Below are positions 53,801 through 63,479 of a stretch of DNA of 64,000 nt, one piece after another. Under the pieces are notes generated by a model that was given only the letters and a program-made list of their open reading frames with translations, was not told the origin of the DNA and did not search any database. Source of the stretch: Bdellovibrionales bacterium (lineage in GTDB: Bacteria > Bdellovibrionota > Bdellovibrionia > Bdellovibrionales > UBA1609); the NCBI GenBank assembly GCA_965203095.1, contig OZ241877.1, positions 224,001-288,000 on the forward strand, in the 5' to 3' direction. Position 1 is the stretch's first letter; every line of letters starts with the position of its first letter. Both the position numbers and the translations under genes were made by a program.

Positions 53801-53982
53801 ACTATGTGGCCTCAAGCCATTTGAACAAATACTCATTCACTATTATTGACAGTATGGTTAGGAATATTCATGCTAAAGGATCCAGCTTGCGTTTGGCTAA
53901 GCAAGATGTGTATGAAATGTTTTCCCTCTATAATTATTTTAAGAAAAACACTATTCCTCAAACTTGCGATAATGGAATTTAA
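50899..53982 (+). CDS. Zinc-dependent metalloprotease lipoprotein (metzincin, EcxA-like)
   Basis: GDIRYS, HPATGEI, HEFGHVLGLRHNF, SSVMDY Met-turn, GPYD, FCTD. Confidence 0.88.
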   Translation: MNTKITIFICLTLFIFSSCRIAKERPILTVPDGNKDRMLKELFSGTTGKPKYWLSKVTIVDSSFEGGPGFVSSQSEAKLGYFEFTRDKLKFNNAVTRQTFEKPGISRQGVRELINEWDIEHSEYRLAEVDGYTTNKEEENNYIPWNKKRYFTIDWSKADISEVNTFPYINYLQNIKCWIKKTSHVIDDSRKITPNYISFIVAVEYEQGSKCFTLKRYQQNNFVSTVYYKYSFKRENSLKNKDYSPYVYDGEQDPLLKKYGYFRTVLPSIADDNRDKNIFYMNRWNPNKKHVFYFGPGYPEEYKDIAHGVICHTNKILAKNKLNDYPLDGKCKKDGSIPAGKNETCSSGICFELRENTGQKLGDIRYSFFHILSKSSGILGYGPSDAHPATGEIVSGNVILNTYYLDFYLKYLLQDRWKRDWKKHYSEDGHQITSSKYKYDNSSLFLKMKQTLKENDHTLWTNTSKLVDETSEIRPDFEYLISQLTFGDPRWSYWTRGQNQQTDMKFDIDSIFEIMPKKIREQGQKIIQQIQTGENGRQNHERNTTVYPVEPVIAQLPSLLANGMTPEEIKKKILFNLALHEFGHVLGLRHNFYGSFDTRHFHKHSHDDKQPVLKSSSVMDYTIFKDEAAGPSHAEFGPYDEAALVYSYSNGEIDLSKEKNESYLFCTDHHRSLNFLCSAWDYGGTPSEVMMSLIENYEESYFIRNLRIGRAYWNTSYYPRYIFSTMWKLKKALMMWRTAFNHNHISKLLSQSLKSYKNEKINFISNQIQKDIRQAIKLNLAFYNSVLQQPESDRDWKSFYDEESGSIEKIGIFWDKLFSMYFLMGDEGFLYNPNYFLGSASFLTYIDQLGFRQMIEEIMENTLTVRVDMEPWFIGFGRYLYAQNASNYYNIAGGKNLLEKIAVYCYTPKGLKDRFGIDPYSYKVREDSPPDFLDTAVVNMERYIDQITDPYYKGSNEKLGITFFDENYYVASSHLNKYSFTIIDSMVRNIHAKGSSLRLAKQDVYEMFSLYNYFKKNTIPQTCDNGI

Positions 53983-54986
53983 TGAAAGTCCTCTCTCCGC
54001 TTATTTTATTTCTTCTATTAACTATTGCTTGGTGGGCTTATTCACCTGCTTTAGCTGATGAGGATGAGCTGGACACAGCAACTTTAGAGCTGGTTTATGA
54101 AAAAGCCACAGAGGATCCCAATCAAATAAAAAAGAAAAAACAGCAGTTTGGCCTGAGTATAGGTTTTCAACAGGTCAATGGCTTTATTGTGAGTGCAGAT
54201 CACATCAGTGAGTTTTTTTTAAAGGGCCTTTATAACTTAAATGAGGAATGGTCTTTTTCTGTCTTACAGTCTTTAAATCGAAACTACTTTTTAAACCCTA
54301 ATAGTGAAGATCAAGGGTTATGGATCCAAGATCCTGTTTTTATCACACAAAGGAGTTTTTTAAAGCTTCCCTTAAATAGCCTCCTGAAAATTGGTCTTTC
54401 CACTACAGCTCCTCTTTCTTACAAATCGCAAATTAACGATATTTTGACTGTCAGCTCAGTTTACTTTAGTTGGAGTTTAAAGTTAGATCCTCTTTTAAAG
54501 TGGCAATCAAAATGGGCCAAAAATTTTGTAATCTTTTTTCAACCTGTGGCTCGTTATTACAGCTCTTTTTATAAAACCAGCCGGACATTGGGGCAAAGCC
54601 TTGGGGGGACTCCTTTACCAGAGTTTTTAACTGGCATTCAAAAAATAGGTTTTAGCTTTGATATTACAGATTATTTTTATTTGACTGGTAGTTATGGGCG
54701 ATGGGTTATTTTTCCCTATAAAACCAAGTATGGGAGAGACTCTTCCAGTAATTATGACTCTTATTATCAAAGGCATTACTATTCGTTTTTTTTAGAGACT
54801 GGTTTAAACATTAAACCCGGATGGGATTTTGCTTTATCCTATTCATTAACAGACAGATTGGACCGACAAGGCCGTATAGAGACTGTTCTTTTTGACGATC
54901 GCTTAAGTTTATGGGCTGTTTCTGTATCTTATAGTTTTGCCTTTGACTCTATCAACTTTAAAGGTTTAAAATCACTTTTAAAATAG
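53982..54986 (+). CDS. Putative outer-membrane beta-barrel protein
   Basis: Signal peptide, alternating aromatic/hydrophobic strands. Confidence 0.6.
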   Translation: MKVLSPLILFLLLTIAWWAYSPALADEDELDTATLELVYEKATEDPNQIKKKKQQFGLSIGFQQVNGFIVSADHISEFFLKGLYNLNEEWSFSVLQSLNRNYFLNPNSEDQGLWIQDPVFITQRSFLKLPLNSLLKIGLSTTAPLSYKSQINDILTVSSVYFSWSLKLDPLLKWQSKWAKNFVIFFQPVARYYSSFYKTSRTLGQSLGGTPLPEFLTGIQKIGFSFDITDYFYLTGSYGRWVIFPYKTKYGRDSSSNYDSYYQRHYYSFFLETGLNIKPGWDFALSYSLTDRLDRQGRIETVLFDDRLSLWAVSVSYSFAFDSINFKGLKSLLK

Positions 54987-54999
54987 GAGAGATCTAAAA

Positions 55000-55692
55000 A
55001 TGAAGTCAAATCTTGTTTTGATTCGCCATGGGCAAAGTGCCTGGAACAAAAAAAACCTTTTCACCGGTTGGACCGATGTGGGCTTAAGCCAGGAGGGCAA
55101 AGAGGAAGCTCGCCATGCCGGCCTTTGGTTAAAAAAAAAATCAGTCACTTTTGACATGGCCTTCAGCTCGGCTTTGAAGAGGGCCATTCGGACTATGGAG
55201 ATCATTTTAGAGGAGCTGGGTTTAAGAGATCTTCCTACCCTCAAAGCTTGGCAGTTGAACGAACGACATTATGGGGCACTTCAAGGGCAAAATCGGCAGG
55301 AGGTAATTGATAAGTATGGGGCGGATCAGGTTCAAAAATGGCGAAGAGGTTTTAAAACTGTTCCCCCTCCTCTTCAGGCCAAACAGCATTTTGCAGGGAG
55401 TGATTTGTATAGAGGGATTAAACAAATTCCTCTTGCAGAGTCTTTGGAAGACACACAAAAAAGAGTCCTTCCTTTTTGGGAGCAAAACATTCTGCCTCAA
55501 ATAAAAGAGGGGAAAAACATTTTGCTTTCTGCCCACGGGAACAGTTTGAGAGCTTTAATAAAAAATCTGGAGAATATATCGGATGAACAGATTGCCTCTG
55601 TGGAGATCCCTACAGGCCGGCCATGGATCTATCAGTGGGACAGTCAAAAGCATACTTTTTCAAAAACTAAAGAGTTTTTTAAAGGTGACTAA
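55000..55692 (+). CDS. gpmA: 2,3-BPG-dependent phosphoglycerate mutase
   Basis: RHGQS.WN..NLFTGW.D, LNERHYG, AHGNSLR. Confidence 0.96.
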   Translation: MKSNLVLIRHGQSAWNKKNLFTGWTDVGLSQEGKEEARHAGLWLKKKSVTFDMAFSSALKRAIRTMEIILEELGLRDLPTLKAWQLNERHYGALQGQNRQEVIDKYGADQVQKWRRGFKTVPPPLQAKQHFAGSDLYRGIKQIPLAESLEDTQKRVLPFWEQNILPQIKEGKNILLSAHGNSLRALIKNLENISDEQIASVEIPTGRPWIYQWDSQKHTFSKTKEFFKGD

Positions 55693-55709
55693 ATTTGAGG
55701 ATATGGTTT

Positions 55710-56915
55710 TTAAACTGAGGGATAGGCGTCCACAATATATTTTTTTGTGACAAGATAATTTTTTAAAATTTGCTCTTGAGGGCTTTTTAACAAACAGGTC
55801 CGGACAGAAAAGCCTTTGTTTTTAGGAAGGACAGCCACCTTGGCCCTATCACTAAGAATTTGCCCAAAAGATTTGAGCAAGAATTGTTTGCCCGGATCAA
55901 ACATTTTTATAAAGTGATCTTCACTCACAATATAAACCGCTGGCCCCATGTCATATAGATTTATTTTTTGAGATAGCTCTTCAAGAGAAAAGCCTGAAGT
56001 GATTAAAACAGAATTTTGGTTTTTAAAAAACTTTTCCAGCTGAGAGGGCAAAGAAGAGGCTTTTAACTCTTTTGCTGAAATAAAAGAGATGAATACAGTT
56101 TGTTTCGCTTTTAAAGAGAGAGATTTTAAAAACAAAGGTTTATTAAGACTTTTTTTTAAAACCTGATCTCCATACAAAAGCACAGGGTATTTGTTAAAAA
56201 CAGCATCTGACAAAAATTCACTTTTGCCCTCTTTAGAGAAAAAAGCCATAGAGCTTAAATTTTCCGACAACAGCTGAAGGCTTATAAGACCAGGAGATCC
56301 CTTTTTAAAAGCGGGACCAGAGCAGGACATCCCCTGAATATCTATCCGGGACAGAGATAAATTTTCCTTTAGAAAGGAAATGAGTTTTTTAGGTTCCCCC
56401 CCACAGTGAAAAGCAGAATAAATGAGATTGACCCCCAATATGCCTAAGGCGGAGTGCTGTTGTAGGCGATCTCTATCCCCACAGTTGAGGTGAAAAATAA
56501 TATCATTAAAAGCCTCCCCCGGCTCTACTTGAAAACGCAAACCCATCCAAGCATGTGGCGGGCTGTAATTTTTTTTTAAATCAACAGCTCTAATGGCCGC
56601 CGTCACGGCAAAGGCAAAAAAACGGCTTTTGCCCCCAAGCCGGCCCTTTAACCGGCTTTTTAAGAGGGAATATTCACGCTCTAACATAGTGAGCAAACGC
56701 TCTTTACAAACATAGCGATTTTGTTTGCCATAAATTTCATCACTGATGGTCATGTCATAAGCAGACATACTTTTAGCCACTGTTTGTGAGGCCAAACCCG
56801 CTTTGTAAAAAAAATTGACTGTTTCTTGCCCGGCACCAATTTCTGCAAAAGTCCCGTAAATGCCAGGGTCTTTATTGATTTCAAAAGCTTTGCCAATGGT
56901 AGTTTCCTGCTTCAT
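55710..56915 (-). CDS. Conserved hypothetical protein (YGTFAEIGAGQE family)
   Basis: YGTFAEIGAGQE...VAKSMSAYDM..SDEIYG...RYV; function unresolved. Confidence 0.7.
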   Translation of the reverse strand: MKQETTIGKAFEINKDPGIYGTFAEIGAGQETVNFFYKAGLASQTVAKSMSAYDMTISDEIYGKQNRYVCKERLLTMLEREYSLLKSRLKGRLGGKSRFFAFAVTAAIRAVDLKKNYSPPHAWMGLRFQVEPGEAFNDIIFHLNCGDRDRLQQHSALGILGVNLIYSAFHCGGEPKKLISFLKENLSLSRIDIQGMSCSGPAFKKGSPGLISLQLLSENLSSMAFFSKEGKSEFLSDAVFNKYPVLLYGDQVLKKSLNKPLFLKSLSLKAKQTVFISFISAKELKASSLPSQLEKFFKNQNSVLITSGFSLEELSQKINLYDMGPAVYIVSEDHFIKMFDPGKQFLLKSFGQILSDRAKVAVLPKNKGFSVRTCLLKSPQEQILKNYLVTKKYIVDAYPSV

Positions 56916-57039
56916 ACTCTGTTTATCCTATACATTGCTCTATAAAACAAGAGCTTTAATAAGAGATAGACCTTGTGCCCGGTGTTATACTGGAACCGTT
57001 TTGTATTTGCCCTATAAAACAAACAAGAGGAAGCTTGTT

Positions 57040-58701
57040 TTAAGAACTGTTTTTAAAAAGCCTTCTGAGAGGCTTTCCAGCAAAACTTTTAGGAAGATTT
57101 TTAACAAATGCAATCCGTTTGGGCCTTTTATAGGGGGACAGGTATTTTGTGCAAAAAGATTTCAGCTCCCCTTCACTCAATCCTTCACTTCGGACAACAA
57201 AGGCTTGAACTATCTCCTCCCCTTCAGAGTTTTTGCCGGGCACAACTACAGCCTCTTCCACTTTATCGCAAGACAAAAGCACCTCTTCTACCTCAATGGG
57301 ATAAACTTTCAGGCCAGATATGTTGATCATATCCTTTTTTCTATCTATGATTTTTAACCAGCCCTCCGGACTCACCTTAGCTATATCTCCTGTTTTTAAC
57401 CAACCATCCCGAAAAACCTTTCGGCTTTCCTCTTCTTGCCGATAATAAGCCTTCATCACCTGAGGGCCTTTAACTTCCAACTCCCCCTCTTCACCCACTT
57501 TTAACTCAGAGCCTTTTTCATCCACTATTCTTATTTGGGTAGAGGACAGAGGATAACCAGCAGAACCAGGGATACTTTCCTTATCCAAACGAGAGCAGGT
57601 CACTACAGGAGAGGCTTCCGTCAAACCATAACCTTCAATCAAACGGCTTTGAGTAAGAGTCTCCCATTTTTTTTGAACAGAAGATTCTAAAGCTGTTCCT
57701 CCGGAAATAAAAAGTCTCCATTTGGAAAAATCCATTTTTTGGAATTGAGGATTCTTTAGCAAAGCCTTAAACAAAGCATTAACCCCTGTGCCCACAGTGA
57801 GTTTTTGCCTTCTTATGGTTTTAACAAGAGAGGGAATATTCCTGGGATTGGCAATCAGAATATTGGAAAAACCGTTTAAAAAGAAAACCAAGCCATTCAC
57901 TAAAAAAGCAAAAATATGGCAAAGGGGAAGAGCTGACAGGGCCTGCTCTTTACCCTTTCTAAGGTAAGTCAGCATCCAAGACTCACATTGCCGGACATTG
58001 GATAAAATGTTTTTTTGGCTAAGGCAAGCCCCTTTAGCTATTCCCGTAGTCCCTCCAGTGTATTGGATAAATAAGGTCTCATTAAGGGCTTTTTCCTGAA
58101 CACGAACAGGGAAAGCTCTACCTTTTTGAAGAGCTTTTAAAAAGGAAATAGGCTTAAAGGACGAGTTTTGGCGACTTTTTTGGAAGGATAAGTTTTTGCT
58201 TTTAAAAACAAAATTGATAATTTGTTTTTTAGGGAAAGCCAAAAGATCTCCAGGGTCGGTGACGATAACAGTTTTCAATTTTGTTTTTCCATAAATCTCT
58301 CTTAAATTGTTGAGTTGGCTAGATAGTAAAAGGATCCCTTTGGCCTCAGTCTCTTGAATAGGGCCTAACATTTCTCTTGAGGTGCTAAGGGGGTTCATAT
58401 TGACCACAGTCAGCCCGGACAATATGCCGGCCCACAAACTCAGGGGATATTGCAGGAGGTTAGGGAGTTGAATAACCAAAACATCCCCTTTTTTAAAACC
58501 CTGGCTTTGCAAATAGCCTGCAAAATGAAGGGAACGCTCTTTTAACTCCTTATAAGAGAGATTTTGGCCAAAGCTACTGAAAGCAGTTTGATTTTGAAAC
58601 TCCTCACAGGCCCTTTCAAACCGTTGGATGAGGCTTTGATCAGAAGGTGGCAATTCGGCAGGGATGCCGGGAGGGTAATTTTTTAGCCAAAGCTTTTCCA
58701 T
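57040..58701 (-). CDS. fadD: Long-chain fatty acid-CoA ligase
   Basis: QYTGGTTGIAKG, EGYGLTEASP, GPQVM, TGDIA, DRKKDMI. Confidence 0.92.
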   Translation of the reverse strand: MEKLWLKNYPPGIPAELPPSDQSLIQRFERACEEFQNQTAFSSFGQNLSYKELKERSLHFAGYLQSQGFKKGDVLVIQLPNLLQYPLSLWAGILSGLTVVNMNPLSTSREMLGPIQETEAKGILLLSSQLNNLREIYGKTKLKTVIVTDPGDLLAFPKKQIINFVFKSKNLSFQKSRQNSSFKPISFLKALQKGRAFPVRVQEKALNETLFIQYTGGTTGIAKGACLSQKNILSNVRQCESWMLTYLRKGKEQALSALPLCHIFAFLVNGLVFFLNGFSNILIANPRNIPSLVKTIRRQKLTVGTGVNALFKALLKNPQFQKMDFSKWRLFISGGTALESSVQKKWETLTQSRLIEGYGLTEASPVVTCSRLDKESIPGSAGYPLSSTQIRIVDEKGSELKVGEEGELEVKGPQVMKAYYRQEEESRKVFRDGWLKTGDIAKVSPEGWLKIIDRKKDMINISGLKVYPIEVEEVLLSCDKVEEAVVVPGKNSEGEEIVQAFVVRSEGLSEGELKSFCTKYLSPYKRPKRIAFVKNLPKSFAGKPLRRLFKNSS

Positions 58702-58937
58702 TTTTAAAAGACTCTTTGTTTTTTTAAGCTCAATATCTAAAACTATAAAGAATCAGAATCTTTAGGCTGAATTTAGTTTTTAAAAGCAGGGGTTTTCAAA
58801 ATCAGCCCGAAACTCTGCACAAAGCCCACCCAATATAAAGCCTTTTTAGCTTACGAGCAAGCCCAACTTTGAAAAATTTTCCATCTTTAATAAAAAAGCT
58901 GGATTTTTATTTTCAGTTATTATAGTTTGGTCTAACT

Positions 58938-60281
58938 ATGCAAAAAATTATTCTTAAGGTTCTTGATATGATGGACATCAAAAAAGTCTTATGGATTCTG
59001 ATTTTTATCGGAAGTCCTGCCCTATCTGAAGAGGAAAGGCAAGAACCCGTAGAGACAGTGGAACGGGGTTCGACTCACCTTGTCATAACAGGGCCTCCTC
59101 CTTTCTCAGACAAAACAGGAAAACTTTTAGAGAGTCACAGATCTTTGATAGAGATTTTTCCTTTCCAAAATAGACCGCTCGCCCCTATATATAAAGAACA
59201 AGAACAACCTGACCATTTACTTACAACCAATGAAGAAGAACAGAAAAGCTTTTATTCTTATCAAAGTATGGAAAGAATATTTCACACAGACAACAATGCA
59301 CTTTTCCAACAAGCTATGAAAAAAAATATAGAAAAGGCTATGGCCTGGACCGATCGAATAGGGAACAATTTACTTCATTTCGCAGTTGTATTTAAAAATT
59401 TAGAATTGGCCCAATTTCTTGTAGAAAACGGCAGTCCCATCAACAAGCAAAATAATTTGGGTTATACCCCTTTTCATTTATCTATTATAAATAAAAATCT
59501 GGAATTGATGCAGTTTTTTCTTGATCAGCCACAAACCAACCTTGGTATAAAAAACTCTTTTGGAGACAATGCCTTTCACACTGTATTTTTGAGCCTAAAA
59601 GAACAGCAAATAACCAGTAGATCAGAAATACTACAGCTAATGTTAAGTGAGAAGTATCGAAGCAAAATGCTCCCCCTAATCAATCAACCGAATACCGAAG
59701 GATATTTACCTATAGGCTTTGCCTTTAGAGATTTTGACACCCTTGCCTTAAAATGGATCTTTGCCAATGAAGAGATAGAAAATTGGACACAAGAGGCAAA
59801 GGATGGGAACTCTTTACTTCATATTGCTGTTTTGTCTTTAAGCTTGGAATCTTTAAAATTTATTTTAAAAAGAACTCATTTAGATATCAATGCACAAAAT
59901 CAGGATGGCAATACCCCTCTTCATTTAGTAGTTGAGATACTTAATGACAACCCTACACTGCAAGTAGCTCAGGACATACTTGCTTTTTTACTGAACCGTA
60001 ATGCAGTAAATTTTAACTTGAGAAACGAAGACGGTAAAACCGCTAAAGATATAACACAAAAGCATGAAATAAGAGAAGAAATTTTAAATGCTCAACACAC
60101 ACAAAAACTCCAACAAATGAGAACCAATAAGAAAAAATCCTCTCGCCGTTCTCGCTATTCAAAAACAATAGGAGACGCCACAATCGGTCACCATCCCGAT
60201 GTGATTTCGAGAGATAAGCCTTCTTCTGGAATCACTCCCTGCCACTCCGTTTTGATGAATGGAAAAAAATCTCTTAAATAA
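58938..60281 (+). CDS. Secreted ankyrin-repeat protein
   Basis: Signal peptide; GNNLLH, GYTPFH, GDNAFH, GNSLLH, GNTPLH, GKTA; start may be 58968. Confidence 0.9.
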   Translation: MQKIILKVLDMMDIKKVLWILIFIGSPALSEEERQEPVETVERGSTHLVITGPPPFSDKTGKLLESHRSLIEIFPFQNRPLAPIYKEQEQPDHLLTTNEEEQKSFYSYQSMERIFHTDNNALFQQAMKKNIEKAMAWTDRIGNNLLHFAVVFKNLELAQFLVENGSPINKQNNLGYTPFHLSIINKNLELMQFFLDQPQTNLGIKNSFGDNAFHTVFLSLKEQQITSRSEILQLMLSEKYRSKMLPLINQPNTEGYLPIGFAFRDFDTLALKWIFANEEIENWTQEAKDGNSLLHIAVLSLSLESLKFILKRTHLDINAQNQDGNTPLHLVVEILNDNPTLQVAQDILAFLLNRNAVNFNLRNEDGKTAKDITQKHEIREEILNAQHTQKLQQMRTNKKKSSRRSRYSKTIGDATIGHHPDVISRDKPSSGITPCHSVLMNGKKSLK

Positions 60282-60300
60282 ACAATTTTTTAGCTCAAAT

Positions 60301-60387
60301 ATAATTGTCCGTGAAAAAGTCTTTCAGATTGTAAGTTCTATAAGAAAAGCCTTAAACTTGTTCAGGAAAGAATACCTTGAACCCTCA
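60301..60387. repeat. Degenerate MITE-like family A half
   Basis: TAATTGTCCGTGAAAAAGTCT...AATACCTTGAACCCTCA. Confidence 0.55.
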
Positions 60388-60432
60388 AACTCTGTCTTTC
60401 CCTTTCTTTCTCTTCATGAAGACAAGCTGTTA

Positions 60433-60458
60433 TGGATTCCCGCTTTCGCGGGAATGAC
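60433..60458. repeat. REP-like palindrome
   Basis: TGGATTCCCGCTTTCGCGGGAATGAC. Confidence 0.8.
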
Positions 60459-60482
60459 TTTCTCAAGAAGGGAATGCATGTT

Positions 60483-61583
60483 TTAAGAGATTTTTATTCT
60501 GGGATCAAAATAAACATAAAGGAGATCCACTATCATATTGGACAAAATCAAAAGAAAGCTATAAACCAATAAAGCTCCTAAAACAAGAGGATAATCCCGA
60601 TTGGCCACGCTTGTCACAAAATGTTGCCCAATTCCAGGGATCGCAAAGATCTTTTCTATAATAAAGGAGCCGGTCAAAATACCGGCAATTAAAGGGGCAG
60701 AAAAAGTCAAAACCGGCAAAAAAGCATTTTTCAAAATATGTTTATAAAAAACACGAGTTTCACTTAAGCCCTTAGCTCTGGCAGTTCTCACATAATCACT
60801 TCCCAGGATATCTAAAACGCTACTGCGGGTGAGTCGAGCTATCACACCCGCGGGGCGGAGCCCTAAAACCACTGCGGGCAAAATATAAAATAAAGTTCCA
60901 TCCCATAAAGCCGCTTCTAACCAGCCCATTTTAAAAGCAAAAAACAAAATAAAAATAGGGGCTATCACAAAAGAGGGAAGGGACACCCCAGATATACTGA
61001 GTATCATAGCCGTTCTGTCAGAAATTGTGTTGGCCCTCTGGGCAGAAAAAACACCTATAGGAATCCCTAAGGCAAAAGCCAAAATAAGAGCATAAATACC
61101 TAACTGGATAGAAATGGGCAGGGAATCTTTTAAAATGTCACTGACATTTCTATCTGTGTATTTGTAGGACTCGCCCAACCAGCCTCTTAAAAGACCTTTA
61201 ATATAATGGCCATATTGCCAATAAAGCGGTTTATCTAAATGATACTTGGATTCAATATTGGCTTTAATTTCTGGGGGAAGGGTTTTTTCCTGATCAAAAG
61301 GCCCCCCAGGCAACAATCTCAAAAGGGCAAAAGTAATAGTAGCTACTGCAAAAAGGGTGATTAAGGCTTCAAAAATTCTTCCCAAAACATAAAAAACCAA
61401 GCCCTTTCTAACTATATATAGGACAAAACAAAAAAATGTGCTTATAAAAAAAGTAAGCCATAAGAGCCATGGGATTTCATAGTGAAAAAAACTGATCCCT
61501 ACCAAAAGAAAGAAAAGACTCGATGTGAAAATACCAAAAAATTTTTCTGGCGGATTAAAAAAAGAGAGCTTGGTTGGATTCAT
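60483..61583 (-). CDS. oppB: Oligopeptide ABC permease
   Basis: PGGPF, LDKPL..QY, DYVRTARAKGL, NRDYP, DPRI. Confidence 0.92.
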   Translation of the reverse strand: MNPTKLSFFNPPEKFFGIFTSSLFFLLVGISFFHYEIPWLLWLTFFISTFFCFVLYIVRKGLVFYVLGRIFEALITLFAVATITFALLRLLPGGPFDQEKTLPPEIKANIESKYHLDKPLYWQYGHYIKGLLRGWLGESYKYTDRNVSDILKDSLPISIQLGIYALILAFALGIPIGVFSAQRANTISDRTAMILSISGVSLPSFVIAPIFILFFAFKMGWLEAALWDGTLFYILPAVVLGLRPAGVIARLTRSSVLDILGSDYVRTARAKGLSETRVFYKHILKNAFLPVLTFSAPLIAGILTGSFIIEKIFAIPGIGQHFVTSVANRDYPLVLGALLVYSFLLILSNMIVDLLYVYFDPRIKIS

Positions 61584-61610
61584 TAGATTTTTTTAATTTT
61601 GCCCATGGAT

Positions 61611-63218
61611 TTAAATTTTTGATTTGAATTTTTTGATTTGAATTTTTTTAAACAAAACATAAGACATAGCATTCATAGGGTAATACTTTATCCTATGGGA
61701 GACAAGGATATGTGATGTGCTGGAGAGAATAGGGAAAACAGCCACATCCTCTTCTAAAAGAATTTTTTGTGCCCGATCATAAAATGCTCTCCTTTGAGGG
61801 CCATTTTCAGCAGACATGGCTTTTAAAATCAGTTCATCATAGGTCGGGTTTTTCCAGTTGGTGTGATTGTTATCGGAAAAAGAAGCCATTAAATTCATGA
61901 AATTGTCAGGATCAGGATAATCTGCAAGCCATCCCAAACGAAACATTTGAACATCTTTTGTCGCTAACCTTTGCAAATAAGTTTTCCATTCCTGATTGTT
62001 CAATTCTACGGTGAGGCCAATGTTTTTTTTTAGTTGAGATTGAATATTTTCTGCAATCATTTTGTGATCGGCTGTGGTGTTGTAAAAAATTTGTATTTTA
62101 GGAAGATCGGATGGCTTTTCATACCCCATTTCCCTTAACAACTGAAGAGCTTTTTGAGGATCAAAAGCCAAGCCCAAGTTTTTGTTATGGGCAAAAAGCC
62201 CTTGAGGTATCCAACTTTTTAAAGCCTGATCTCCTCGGTTTAAAAGCCGAATAATCTCCCCCCGATCAATAGAGAGAGCAATGGCCTTCCTCATACGAAC
62301 ATCCTTTAACGGCTCAGCCTTTACATTAAAGCCATAATAATACATACTTAAAATGCTGTTTTGATAGTGATCTTCTCGTTTTTTTAAAAAAGGCAAATTT
62401 CTGGAAAGGAGCGGAACAGCCACATCCAATCTTTTAGACAAATACAAATTCATAACAGTCACCTCTTCCGGAATAATATAGAGAAAGACTTTTTTAACCA
62501 TTGGTGTTGGGCCGTAATAACCTTTATTATGCTCTAAAATGAGAGCTTTGTCATGATCCCATCGGCTCAACTTGTAAGGGCCTAATGTGACAATATTTTC
62601 AGGAGCTGTCCAAAGGGATTTTTTTTCTTTTATAATATCTTTTCGAATGGGAAAAGTGGAGGTATGAGTGAGAAGATAAGGAAAATAAAAAAGCCCTCTT
62701 TCTAAATGAACAATCAGCTCGCCTTGAGGGCCTTGTTTAACCCCTACTTGTTTAAAATCTTTGATTTTTTTTTGGTTGTAAGCTTGTGCGTTTTTTATAG
62801 GGAATAAAAAGTAAGCGTATTCTGATCCTGTTGCAGGGTTTAAAAGCCTCTCCCAACTGTCTATAAAGTGCTGGGCCGTCAAAAACTCTCCGTCTGTCCA
62901 TAAAACCTTTTTTCGTAAAAAAAACTTCCAAACTTTTTTATCTTTTGAACTGGTCCAGTGTTGAGCCAAAGCCGGTTGCAGGCGGACAAAAGGGCCGGAA
63001 AAGTCATACTCTGTTAAACCCTCCATAAGGTTTTGAATCACTAAAGAGGAGGTGCTGTCTGAACTTTTACTCCAATCTAAGGTAGGGGGTTCTGAAAGGA
63101 TAGGATAGCGAAAGCTCTCAATCAGTTTGTAATTGACATAAGGGCTGTGCTTTTTTTGCCAGCAAGAGGGAACAACTATAAGCAGGCAGAAAAATAAAAA
63201 AGCTCTATTCCATCCCAT
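61611..63218 (-). CDS. oppA: Oligopeptide ABC substrate-binding lipoprotein
   Basis: EPPTLD, WTDG..LTA..F..SW.R, GPYKL, GWLADYPDP. Confidence 0.92.
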   Translation of the reverse strand: MGWNRAFLFFCLLIVVPSCWQKKHSPYVNYKLIESFRYPILSEPPTLDWSKSSDSTSSLVIQNLMEGLTEYDFSGPFVRLQPALAQHWTSSKDKKVWKFFLRKKVLWTDGEFLTAQHFIDSWERLLNPATGSEYAYFLFPIKNAQAYNQKKIKDFKQVGVKQGPQGELIVHLERGLFYFPYLLTHTSTFPIRKDIIKEKKSLWTAPENIVTLGPYKLSRWDHDKALILEHNKGYYGPTPMVKKVFLYIIPEEVTVMNLYLSKRLDVAVPLLSRNLPFLKKREDHYQNSILSMYYYGFNVKAEPLKDVRMRKAIALSIDRGEIIRLLNRGDQALKSWIPQGLFAHNKNLGLAFDPQKALQLLREMGYEKPSDLPKIQIFYNTTADHKMIAENIQSQLKKNIGLTVELNNQEWKTYLQRLATKDVQMFRLGWLADYPDPDNFMNLMASFSDNNHTNWKNPTYDELILKAMSAENGPQRRAFYDRAQKILLEEDVAVFPILSSTSHILVSHRIKYYPMNAMSYVLFKKIQIKKFKSKI

Positions 63219-63479
63219 AAAAGAAATTTGTTATGTAAATTTTAAAATCAGTCAATAAAAAAATAGGAACCTCCGTCCAAAGCAGGCTCAAAAACCTGTT
63301 ATCTCTGTCCAGTGGACGGCTTGTTGTGGTCAGGTTCTTCCCGCTCTAAAGTGTTTTCTGGTAAAACCTCTATCGGTTTCTTCTGGACTTTAAGAGTGCA
63401 GAGGTTTTTACGGCATTTGCTGGAATAAGTGAAAAAAGTATTGTTTTTCGTTTGGTTCATGGTGACTTAAGCTGGCTTT

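Noticed and set aside
55710..56915. Assigning an enzymatic or receptor function
   Set aside because: Only the N-terminal family motif is recognisable; no catalytic or barrel signature can be supported by eye
63320..63340. GAACCTGA resembling a TPP riboswitch
   Set aside because: The CUGAGA motif and downstream P5 consensus are absent
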